From assembly GCA_965197475.1 (NCBI GenBank), contig CBDANF010000003.1, positions 2,912,001 to 2,976,000 of the forward strand: a stretch of 64,000 nt of DNA, written 5' to 3'. The notes under the pieces are model-generated. The model was not told the origin of the DNA and did no database searches. It saw only the letters and a program-made list of their open reading frames with translations. Below, one piece after another: positions 10,965 to 19,741 of this stretch. Source of the stretch: Candidatus Poribacteria bacterium (GTDB lineage: Bacteria; Poribacteria; WGA-4E; WGA-3G). The first letter of the stretch is position 1. Each line of letters starts with the position of its first letter. The position numbers were made by a program, and so were the translations under genes.

Positions 10965-11037
10965 AAAAGCCAGGGATATAGGATTGTGCAGACCGCAGCC
11001 CGACAATCACGTGGCATGGAGCCGTTTCGTCCCTGGC
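10965..11037 (-). ncRNA. DUF3800-associated structured RNA (three-way junction), convergent with the gene
   Basis: Closing stem GCCAGGGA/TCCCTGGC (10969-76/11030-37), inner stems GATTGT/ACAATC and GGC/GCC, G-U pairs only on the minus strand, U-run after the stem, dedicated promoter. Confidence 0.7.
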
Positions 11038-11043
11038 AATTGT

Positions 11044-11072
11044 ATTGTACTACATACTTGTCATTTTGTCAA
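11044..11072 (-). promoter_or_regulatory. sigma70 promoter driving the DUF3800-associated RNA
   Basis: Minus strand TTGACA-N17-TACAAT ending ~7 nt before the closing stem. Confidence 0.7.
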
Positions 11073-11102
11073 GTAATTTTCATACCTTTGAACAATCATT
11101 TT

Positions 11103-11131
11103 TTGACAAATCACATCTTTTGTGTTATACT
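11103..11131 (+). promoter_or_regulatory. sigma70 promoter for the HTH-peptidase/PIN pair
   Basis: TTGACA-N17-TATACT. Confidence 0.65.
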
Positions 11132-11234
11132 TTAATTCAGACCAAACAGCATGTGTTAATTTAGTTATCTCTATTAGTTAATTTGTCTGTGAGTTTTCAA
11201 ATTTTAACGGTAAACCGTTTAACTCATTAGCAGG

Positions 11235-12422
11235 ATGTATACCATGGCTAAATCTGTCCAAGCACTCATTACGCCGGAAGTTCTGAAGTGGGCGCGCGAA
11301 GAGCATATCCGACTAAATTTATCCGATGCTGCAAAAAAAATAAAGGTAAAACCCGAACAGCTGGAGAGATGGGAAAACGGAAATGCACAACCAACCATAC
11401 GGCAATTAAAAGACATTGCAAAGTGTTATAATATTCATATAACTGTTTTCTATCTTCCTGAACCGCCTACAAGTTTTCCACCACTTGTTGATCATAGGTT
11501 TTTGCCTGAACCATTAGCAATTAATGATGAACAGTCTTATAGATTGCGAATCAACATCATTGAGGCATTCCAAAGGCGGGAAATACTTATTGATCTTTAC
11601 CAAATGTTAGATATTACTCCCCCTGAGGTGACACTTAAAATTGATAGGAATGAAACTCATACTAAAGCTGCACAAAAAATAAGACAATTCCTCAAATTCA
11701 ATCCCAAAGAACTTCCACGAACCAATAATCCACATAACACATTGAAATTTTGGAAGCAAACTGTTGAGTCAAAGGGTATTCTTGTCTGTCAAATTATCTC
11801 TCATCGATCTGTCGAATTAGAAACGGTCCGTGGATTTTGCATTGCTCAAAGACCTTTTCCAGTGATTGTAATAAACCCTAAAGACAGTGCTTTCGGCAAA
11901 ATTTTTACGATTTTCCACGAATTAGTTCATATAGGTCTAGGGGAAAGTGCCATTCAGAATACAAGTTTTGAAGAAGTGAAATCTAGTTATCTGAATGAAA
12001 TCGAAGTTTTTTGCAATTATGTGGCGGGAGCGACTTTGGTTCCTGAAGATGAATTGTTAAAAATGGTAAGATCGAAGTCAGTTGCAAAAAACTTATCCGA
12101 AATCTCTAAACACTTTCAAGTGAGTCCTGAAGTAATCATGCGGAGGCTGTTAATACTCAATGAAATTTCCGATAAAAAGTACCAAACTTTCAGAAACAAA
12201 CAACAAAAAAAGCATAAAGAAATTCAAGAAAAAGAAACTGAAAAAATATCTTTTCCTGGACCTCACTATAGAAAACTTCTTAATGCATCAGGTGAGTTAT
12301 TAGCTAAAACAGCTTTTAGTGCTTATTATGAAGAGAAAATTACTATTTCTGAATTAACTTCTATTTTTTCTAATTGTGACACGAAACACCTCTTTGAAAT
12401 TGAGAAATCCATCTTTGCATGA
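11235..12422 (+). CDS. XRE-HTH + ImmA/IrrE Zn metallopeptidase (RmrA-like antitoxin)
   Basis: N-terminal HTH (WENGNAQPTIRQL), FTIFHELVH (HExxH), EVFCNYVAG. Confidence 0.88.
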   Translation: MYTMAKSVQALITPEVLKWAREEHIRLNLSDAAKKIKVKPEQLERWENGNAQPTIRQLKDIAKCYNIHITVFYLPEPPTSFPPLVDHRFLPEPLAINDEQSYRLRINIIEAFQRREILIDLYQMLDITPPEVTLKIDRNETHTKAAQKIRQFLKFNPKELPRTNNPHNTLKFWKQTVESKGILVCQIISHRSVELETVRGFCIAQRPFPVIVINPKDSAFGKIFTIFHELVHIGLGESAIQNTSFEEVKSSYLNEIEVFCNYVAGATLVPEDELLKMVRSKSVAKNLSEISKHFQVSPEVIMRRLLILNEISDKKYQTFRNKQQKKHKEIQEKETEKISFPGPHYRKLLNASGELLAKTAFSAYYEEKITISELTSIFSNCDTKHLFEIEKSIFA

Positions 12423-12931
12423 ATACACTATTTAATCTAAATCAGATAATTTACAGTTTAGATACAAGTTCACTTATTGATGCGTATCGTTCTCTGTATC
12501 CAATGGAAAACTTTCCGGCATTGTGGAAAAAATTTGAGGAGCTTATTAGAAATGAACGACTTAAAATGTCTGAGTTTGTATTTGCAGAAGCAATGCGAGA
12601 TAAAGTCTTAAAAGGTTGGTGCCGTCGGGAAAATTTGAAGTCACATCTTGAATTGAAAATTGATGATTCAGATCAAATGGAAGTTCGTAAAATATTGTCA
12701 AAGTACCCTGGAATGCTAAAGCTCAAAAAGGGGATATCAGGCGGTGATCCTTGGGTAATAGCTTTGGCAAAGCGGTATCAACCAAATGTAATTGTAGTAA
12801 CCGAGGAAAAATTAACAGGTAACCTACAACACCCAAGAATCCCTGATGTATGTAAGGATTCTAACATAGAATGTGTTACAATAGCTGGTGTTGTCCAAAA
12901 AGAAAATTGGGTCTTTAATTCCAGCACTTGA
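12419..12931 (+). CDS. DUF4411 family PIN-domain protein
   Basis: YSLDTSSLI, FPALW, DPWVIALA, VVTEE, IPDVC; overlaps the upstream peptidase gene. Confidence 0.85.
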   Translation: MNTLFNLNQIIYSLDTSSLIDAYRSLYPMENFPALWKKFEELIRNERLKMSEFVFAEAMRDKVLKGWCRRENLKSHLELKIDDSDQMEVRKILSKYPGMLKLKKGISGGDPWVIALAKRYQPNVIVVTEEKLTGNLQHPRIPDVCKDSNIECVTIAGVVQKENWVFNSST

Positions 12932-12941
12932 TAAAAGCAAA

Positions 12942-13449
12942 ATGCCCGAAAAATTTTTATACGATCTCATATTAGAGCAATTCGGACGACGAGAGATCCA
13001 AAACACCGAAATTCCGACATATCTCACCGATAACCTCAACCCCACTTTTGAACTCCGTGAATATCAAAAAGAAGCGTTCGCGCGGTTCCTTCTCTGTTTT
13101 GAAAACGATTTCCCAGGTGAGGGAAAGCCTCTGCATTTTCTTTTCAACATGGCAACCGGTAGCGGTAAAACGCTTATCATGGCAGGTTTGATCCTCTACC
13201 TCTATGAGCAGGGTTACCGCAATTTTCTCTTTTTCGTCAACTCCACCAACATCATTGAAAAGACAAAAAACAACTTTCTCAACCCACGTGCGACAAAATA
13301 TCTCTTCAGTGAAGACATCCATATTGAAGGGAAACGGGTGGCTGTGGCACAAGTAGACAGTTTCGACGGAGCCAACGAAAACGACATCAATATCTGCTTC
13401 ACAACGCTTCAGCAACTCCATACCGATATGACATCAGAAAAGGAAAACG
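12942..13449 (+). pseudogene. res: Type III restriction subunit Res (helicase), truncated by IS3-family element
   Basis: LREYQKEA, FNMATGSGKT, FFVNSTNII; homology ends at the IS terminus at 13450. Confidence 0.85.
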
Positions 13450-14154
13450 TGAAGTGCCATCGATTTTTTAGACCAGAATTTCGTAAAGTTAAGACAAGTG
13501 TTCTTTCTCAAATTCAATAGGTGTCAAATAGCCTAACGCCGAGTGAGGTCGTTTCTGGTTGGACACCTGTTCAATAAAATGCCCGATGTGAGTTTTAGCC
13601 TCCGTTATGTCATCATAATTTCGGATAACGCATAGACAACTTTTCTATTTCCTGTCGGAGCACCTCTTCACAAGGGTCCTTTTTCGGTTGATAATAGAGA
13701 CTGCTCCGATTGAAACCAAGTGTATCGCAAATCTGTCGCACAGAGTAATCGGTTCGCAAAGTTTTTACGATTTCTCGTTTTTCAGCTGGATTCAACTCAG
13801 CCAAGTTGAGGCTTTTTTTGAATGTCCAAGGCAAGGGTCAACCTGCCAACGAGTTGCTCAAGTTGAGAAATCCGCTGTTGAGACGCATTCGTTTGCTTAT
13901 CAGCAGGTTCAAAGAGGGTCGCCGCGTTTTCAAGGAATTGGCGTTTCCACTTTGAGAGTTGTTCGTCGCTGAGGTTATGGCGGCGACACAACTCCGCTTG
14001 TGAACTTTGACCGCTAAGCGCCTCAATAACAACTTCAGCCTTAAATTCGGGAGTGAATCTTCTTCGTTTTGCCATCGGTTCCTCCTTTCAATCAGATTGT
14101 TATTATATCACAATCTTGGTTTAGACAGTGGTCTAAATTTCCGATGGCAGTACA
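13450..14154 (-). mobile_element. IS3-family element, internally deleted
   Basis: Imperfect TG..CA inverted repeats TGAAGTGCCATCGATTTTTTAGACCA / TGTACTGCCATCGGAAATTTAGACCA; orfA 13797-14075 (RRFTPEFKAEVV); orfB N-terminus joined directly to its C-terminus (HSALGYLTP), DDE core missing. Confidence 0.88.
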
Positions 14155-14814
14155 AACTTTGTTTCAACATCTGATGGAAGAAACTTTCTAAAACGTGCAT
14201 TTGATGAGAATCTCTCCAATTATCTGGTAAACAACGGTGTCATGGGTTCAGTTACCACTATACGTCCAGTGCCTTCAATTGTCGCGTCGGTACATCTCAA
14301 CTATCCACCCTTCTTATCTGAATCTGGACAACTTAATTTTCACTTTAGTCAAGACTGTACCTTGCTTATCGCAGAAAATATAGCAAACCCTGATAATCTT
14401 GGAATGACATTGCGTACCGCTGACGCAGCAGGGACAACTGCTGTCTTACTTGGTGGGGAAGGTGCGAGTCCTTTTCATAAAAACTGTATCCGTGCATCGC
14501 GTGGTGCTGTTGGTCGTCTGCCTATGTTCCACCTACCAAACACTAATTTGACGATTGAACAACTCAAAACATCAGGGTGGAAAGTTGTTGGTGCTACAGC
14601 CAGTGCAGAAAAAGATATCAATGGTATGGAGCATTTTTCTCCTACAGCAATTGTTGTCGGTAACGAAAATAGCGGATTATCGGTTGGAACGCGTAAATGT
14701 TGCACAGAATTAGTCCGTATTCCGATGGCAACAGGACAATCGTCCTTAAATGTTGGAGTCGCAGCGGGGATTTTACTCTACGAATTATCTCGGCAAAAGA
14801 TGACATTTTCATGA
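14155..14814 (+). pseudogene. TrmH/SpoU RNA methyltransferase, 5' truncated
   Basis: NPDNLG..LRTA, GNENSGLS, IPM...SSLNVGVA; reading frame is open back to the IS end at 14155 with no native start. Confidence 0.75.
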
Positions 14815-14902
14815 CTTCAATTTGACAAATTGACCAGAAGATGGTAAAATTGTTTAGTTTTAAAGAGTCGTAGAAAAGTTACAAGATTTTGAAGAACTAT
14901 GG

Positions 14903-15676
14903 GTGTTAACACCTAAGGAACGTTTGCATTTGGTATCAAATTGTATTCTAAAATATCTACACGAGGTTCTTGAAAAACAGAATGCGGGTTATCTCGTGCT
15001 GATTGATCCTGAAGAATGTGAAGTTGAAAATTGTGCTAAACTTGCGCGCGAAGTTGAACAGGCAGGCGCGGATGCGATTCTCCTTGGTGGCAGTCTGTTG
15101 ACAAGTGACCTGCATCCGATTGCGGCAGCCCTAAAAGCAGAAACAGCACTGCCTATCGTTCTTTTCCCTGGGGACTCGATGCATCTTACGCCTCACGCAG
15201 ATGCAATTCTTTATATGAGTCTAATCAGCGGACGAAATCCAAACTACCTTATCGGTGAACAGGTAAAAGCAGCACCGTGGATTCAACGGTATTCTCTGGA
15301 ACCCATTCCTACAGGCTATATGCTCATCGAAGGTGGTAACCGAACGGCTGTTGAATTTATGAGTGGAACAGCACCTATCCCTCGAAATAAACATGACATC
15401 GCAGCACCACACGCATTGGCTGCGCAATACCTTGGTATGCAGCTGATATATTTAGAAGCTGGAAGCGGTGCCGAACTTCCTGTTCCGAACGTTATGATTT
15501 CGACGGTGAAAACGCAAATTGAAATTCCACTGATTGTAGGCGGTGGCATCCGAACGCCGGAAATCGCTGCAGAAAAAGTTAGTGCTGGTGCCGATTTCAT
15601 CGTTACAGGGAACATACTTGAAAAGACAGGTTCCTTTGATTTGATGAAACAGTTTGCGGATGTTGTTCATGGATGA
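14903..15676 (+). CDS. pcrB: Geranylgeranylglyceryl/heptaprenylglyceryl phosphate synthase (group II type)
   Basis: LIDPE, LLGGS, SLISGRNPNYLIGEQV, YLEAGSGA, VGGGIR, GADFIVTGN. Confidence 0.88.
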   Translation: MLTPKERLHLVSNCILKYLHEVLEKQNAGYLVLIDPEECEVENCAKLAREVEQAGADAILLGGSLLTSDLHPIAAALKAETALPIVLFPGDSMHLTPHADAILYMSLISGRNPNYLIGEQVKAAPWIQRYSLEPIPTGYMLIEGGNRTAVEFMSGTAPIPRNKHDIAAPHALAAQYLGMQLIYLEAGSGAELPVPNVMISTVKTQIEIPLIVGGGIRTPEIAAEKVSAGADFIVTGNILEKTGSFDLMKQFADVVHG

Positions 15677-15749
15677 GCATCGCAAGGAAATTTTCTTATA
15701 GAAACATAAGTAACAAGGATTCAAGCAAAAGAAAGAGAGGTAATTCATT

Positions 15750-16502
15750 ATGTCTGAAAATAATGAGGTAGTAATAAAGATAGAGACAGAAAAAGAAAAC
15801 AATGACAAGCCTGATTTTCTTATTGATGTGTCTCAAGATGAAACGGATGCGTCTAATGAAACGGATACTGAAACAGAAGAACGGACAATAGAAACCGTTG
15901 AGGCTGAACTTGAGGCACTCAAAGAAGAATTTAAAATACAGATAGAAGCAATAGCCGAAGCCGAGCGTGCACAATATGAAGCAGAACGAGAACGTTTGCT
16001 ACGTACTGCCGCTGAAGCCGAAAATACAAAAAAACGTCTGGAAATCGAAGCACAGAAACAACTTAAGTACGCGAATAAAAACATAATTGAAGGATTGATC
16101 CTTGTATTAGATAGTCTTGAAGCAGCAATAAAAAGTGTCAACGAGAAAGTTGAATCAAGTGAGACCTCCTCAGATCTTTCAAACTTCAGCGAAGGGGTGC
16201 AATTGGTTCATAAACAACTCATGGATATTCTGAAAATCCATGGACTCACACCAATTGAAGTGGTCGGTGGAACGTTTGACCCGAATCAACATGAAGCAGT
16301 CTTTGCTACTGAATCAGATGAAGTCGCAGAAGGAAATATTATTGAAGAATTCAGACGCGGCTATCAACTCCACGATCAGGTAATTCGTGCCGCACAAGTC
16401 GCGGTTTCTAAAGGAAAATATGAGCAGTCTCCCTCTGAGGATAACGAGACACAAGATCAGGATAAAGAAGCGCAAGAAGTTGAAAACACTACCGAAAATT
16501 AG
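15750..16502 (+). CDS. grpE: Nucleotide exchange factor GrpE
   Basis: LRTAAEAENTKKR, FDPNQHEAV, GYQLHDQVIRAAQV. Confidence 0.95.
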   Translation: MSENNEVVIKIETEKENNDKPDFLIDVSQDETDASNETDTETEERTIETVEAELEALKEEFKIQIEAIAEAERAQYEAERERLLRTAAEAENTKKRLEIEAQKQLKYANKNIIEGLILVLDSLEAAIKSVNEKVESSETSSDLSNFSEGVQLVHKQLMDILKIHGLTPIEVVGGTFDPNQHEAVFATESDEVAEGNIIEEFRRGYQLHDQVIRAAQVAVSKGKYEQSPSEDNETQDQDKEAQEVENTTEN

Positions 16503-16537
16503 GTGAAATTAAAACCACAGTGTAAGTAGGTAAACAA

Positions 16538-17656
16538 ATGGTGCAAAAACGGGATTATTACGAAATATTAGATGTAAGTCGAGATGCGGATGAAAACGAA
16601 ATCAAGAAGGCTTACAGAAAGTTAGCCATTAAATATCATCCGGATAAAAATCCGGGTGATAAAGAAGCAGAAGAAAAGTTTAAAGAAGCAACCGAAGCTT
16701 ATGATGTCCTGCGGACACCTGAGAAACGACAACGTTACAATCAATTTGGACATGCCGGACTTGAAGGTGCATCCAGCGGGCACGGATTTGGGGTTAACTT
16801 TGACGATATTTTGAGCGAAGTCTTCGGAGACGTTTTAGGCGGATTCGGTAGGACACAACATAGACCAAAACAGGGTCGCAGCCTACAATGTAACCTTGAA
16901 ATCACTCTTGAAGATGCCTTTTACGGGAAAGGGGAAACAATCGAAATTCCTCGCATTGAATCCTGCCCAGAATGTAATGGAAGTGGAGCAGAAACAGGTT
17001 CAACGGCTGAAACCTGCCCACAGTGCTACGGACGAGGACAGATAACCCAATCCCAAGGCTTTTTCACGATGTCCCGAACCTGTCCACGCTGCCGAGGTGA
17101 AGGTGAAATTATACAAAATCCATGCAGAAATTGTAATGGACAGGGGCGAATTAGAGTGAAACGCGAAATTAAACTGAAGATTGACAAAGGCGTAGATAAC
17201 GGTTTTGAATATCGGTTGCGTGGAGAAGGGGAAGCGGGTACACTCGGCGGGCCTCCAGGTGATTTACTTGTCGTCGTTCAAATCAAACCACATCAGCGGT
17301 TTAGTCGTGAAGGTAGCAATCTGCTTACTTCTGCCAAAATATCGTTTGTCCAAGCAGCATTAGGCAGCACCATCGAAATCAATAGTATTGACGGCACACA
17401 AAAATTGGATATTCCCGGCGGAACGCAGTATGGGGATCAGTTGCGTATCCCCGGTAAAGGAATGCCAGAGTACAGACGTTCTAGCTTCGGAGACCTCGTT
17501 GTACAGATCGGGATCGAAACACCGAGAAATCTCAATGAACAGCAACGCGAACTTTTAGAACACTTTGCTGAACTACAAGATAAATCAGCGGAATCTGGAC
17601 ACGGTGGATTTTGGGACAAGCTTTTTCGTCCTCACGATGATGAAGATAAATCGTAA
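16538..17656 (+). CDS. dnaJ: Chaperone DnaJ
   Basis: J domain with HPD, four CxxCxGxG repeats. Confidence 0.97.
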   Translation: MVQKRDYYEILDVSRDADENEIKKAYRKLAIKYHPDKNPGDKEAEEKFKEATEAYDVLRTPEKRQRYNQFGHAGLEGASSGHGFGVNFDDILSEVFGDVLGGFGRTQHRPKQGRSLQCNLEITLEDAFYGKGETIEIPRIESCPECNGSGAETGSTAETCPQCYGRGQITQSQGFFTMSRTCPRCRGEGEIIQNPCRNCNGQGRIRVKREIKLKIDKGVDNGFEYRLRGEGEAGTLGGPPGDLLVVVQIKPHQRFSREGSNLLTSAKISFVQAALGSTIEINSIDGTQKLDIPGGTQYGDQLRIPGKGMPEYRRSSFGDLVVQIGIETPRNLNEQQRELLEHFAELQDKSAESGHGGFWDKLFRPHDDEDKS

Positions 17657-17679
17657 AAGATTCAAATGTAAGAGGCGCA

Positions 17680-18564
17680 ATGAATTGGGCGCGGATTACT
17701 GTAACAACTTCTAATGACGCATCTGAAGCTGTTGCAAACTATTTATTTGAAATGGAGACTTTCGGTGTTGAACTGAAAGACGCTGCCGATTCAACAACTT
17801 CTCTCACCGCATATTATCCGCTGGATGACCGTGTAAACACAAGAGTTAAAAATCTTAGAGATTTTCTCTCTAAACTGCCAACGTGGGGCATCCAACCACA
17901 TCCTGCGAAAATTGACTTAAAACGGGTTGAATCTGAAGAGTGGACAGATGCGTGGAAGTCAGCTTTCCCACCGCAGCGGATCGGCAAACGTCTACTTATC
18001 GCACCAACTTGGCATAAAATCCCCCCTGATGAGGCACGTATTCTAATCCGACTTGATCCTGGTATGGCATTTGGCACCGGTTACCATCCGACTACACGTT
18101 TATCATTGGAAATGTTGGAGCAAACGATTGAGCCGCATCAACACGTCGCGGATATCGGAACAGGTTCCGGTATACTTGCAATTGCTGCTATAAAGTTAGG
18201 CGCAAAACAAATTGATGCGATTGAACTTGACCCGACAGCAATTCCTGTAGCAGAAACAAACTTCGCCATTAATGGTGTGGCGCAACAAATTCGTTTGCAT
18301 CAAGGCGATGGAATAAAGACTGCCGATGGCAAATATCATCTAATTGTTGGGAATATTCTAACAAAAGTGATTCTTCCTATTATTCCACATTGTCCTTCGC
18401 GATTGCGACCCGAAGGACACATCATTTTTTCTGGAATTTTGGATTCAGAACTGCAAGAGGTTCAGGAGGTATTGGCGGAAAACGGATTGCAATGTATCCA
18501 TGTGATGCGTGAAGCAGAAGCAGAAGTAATGTGGGTTGCAGTCTTAGCGCGCTTCCTTCGCTAA
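17680..18564 (+). CDS. prmA: Ribosomal protein L11 methyltransferase
   Basis: DPGMAFGTGYHPTT, DIGTGSGILAI; follows dnaJ. Confidence 0.95.
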   Translation: MNWARITVTTSNDASEAVANYLFEMETFGVELKDAADSTTSLTAYYPLDDRVNTRVKNLRDFLSKLPTWGIQPHPAKIDLKRVESEEWTDAWKSAFPPQRIGKRLLIAPTWHKIPPDEARILIRLDPGMAFGTGYHPTTRLSLEMLEQTIEPHQHVADIGTGSGILAIAAIKLGAKQIDAIELDPTAIPVAETNFAINGVAQQIRLHQGDGIKTADGKYHLIVGNILTKVILPIIPHCPSRLRPEGHIIFSGILDSELQEVQEVLAENGLQCIHVMREAEAEVMWVAVLARFLR

Positions 18565-18801
18565 CCCGTGGCAGAGGTTACATCTGCCGAGGTTGAGGTG
18601 TGGCATTGTCGGTGATTTTTCGTCACCTTTCAAATGGCAATTCAGGCATGCAGCGTCTTCTACAGACTTCCGATGTACTTCAATGTTTGAACGCGCGGGA
18701 GCGGCGTTAAAAAAGAGAATAACCATCACTATGGCAAAAATAAGACCGATTACGCAAACAATATAAAATAGCACCTTGGGGTTAGCTTGTTCGGTCGGCA
18801 T
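18544..18801 (-). CDS. Small membrane-anchored diheme c-type cytochrome
   Basis: N-terminal hydrophobic helix; CLNCH and CNLCH heme motifs. Confidence 0.7.
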   Translation of the reverse strand: MPTEQANPKVLFYIVCVIGLIFAIVMVILFFNAAPARSNIEVHRKSVEDAACLNCHLKGDEKSPTMPHLNLGRCNLCHGLAKEAR

Positions 18802-18892
18802 ATAAGAAAAGTAGACTCCTAATCTGCAGTGCTTTTAGTCTCAGCTAATAGGATACCTTATATTTACCCGTTCTGCAACTGAAATTGCAGTC

Positions 18893-19717
18893 TTATTCAA
18901 AAAAAGGAAAAAGGACCGGTAAATTTTCTGCTGTTAGTGAAGAACCGTATTCACAAGATTCAAATGCTTCAGCATATTGAATGTTAACACCGATTTTTTC
19001 CCCGTAATGTGCTTTTAATAGATCGCGATATTTTTCTGCTATAGTACGGAAACGATTTCGTAAACGTTCTGCAAGCCATTCGCGCCGAACTTCGGCATTA
19101 TCGGGAACTGCATTTAGGGTGCCGCTGTTGTAAGGAAGCCATTCATAGAATTGTGATGTATGGCAATGCAACATATCAATTTTCTGTCCCACTACGGTGT
19201 CAATACCGACAACGACATCCGGTGTAAACGGGATAGGTTTCATAAAACCATCGCTCAAATACACAATGACAGGGTTTTTCTCCAGATGTGGCGTAAGCGC
19301 ACAGATATTGGGAACGGTTACCATATACGCTGCATCCTGCACCAGTATTGACGTATAACGATGATCGGGATGATAGTCGTTGGGGCGGTGTGTCATAATC
19401 AGGTCTGGCCGGAATTCTCGAATAGTGCGGATAATTTGATACCGATTTTCTAAAGTCGGCATCAATTTACCATCGTGGTTGTCAAGCAATTCATATTCAA
19501 TGCCGATAATTTCTGCGGCTGCTTGTGCTTCTGCATTACGCCGTTGCGTTAAAGGACCACCACCCACTTCATGATGTCCGGCATCACCGTTGGTAACAGA
19601 AACGAATTTAACATGGTGTCCCTGCTCCCTATATAGTGCAGCAACGCCGCCAGCTTTAATATCACAATCGTCGGGATGCGCTCCGAAAACTAAAATGCGG
19701 ATATGTTTTGTGTCCAT
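18893..19717 (-). CDS. PIG-L/LmbE family deacetylase
   Basis: GAHPDD, DYHPDH. Confidence 0.9.
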   Translation of the reverse strand: MDTKHIRILVFGAHPDDCDIKAGGVAALYREQGHHVKFVSVTNGDAGHHEVGGGPLTQRRNAEAQAAAEIIGIEYELLDNHDGKLMPTLENRYQIIRTIREFRPDLIMTHRPNDYHPDHRYTSILVQDAAYMVTVPNICALTPHLEKNPVIVYLSDGFMKPIPFTPDVVVGIDTVVGQKIDMLHCHTSQFYEWLPYNSGTLNAVPDNAEVRREWLAERLRNRFRTIAEKYRDLLKAHYGEKIGVNIQYAEAFESCEYGSSLTAENLPVLFPFFE

Positions 19718-19741
19718 TAGATTTTCCGTAAAAGTGTCCTG

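Noticed and set aside
10965-11037. Hammerhead ribozyme (three-way junction with CGAAAC)
   Set aside because: The CUGAnGA core is absent on both strands
15750-18564. Missing dnaK/hrcA between grpE and dnaJ
   Set aside because: Split chaperone operons are common and no scar is visible
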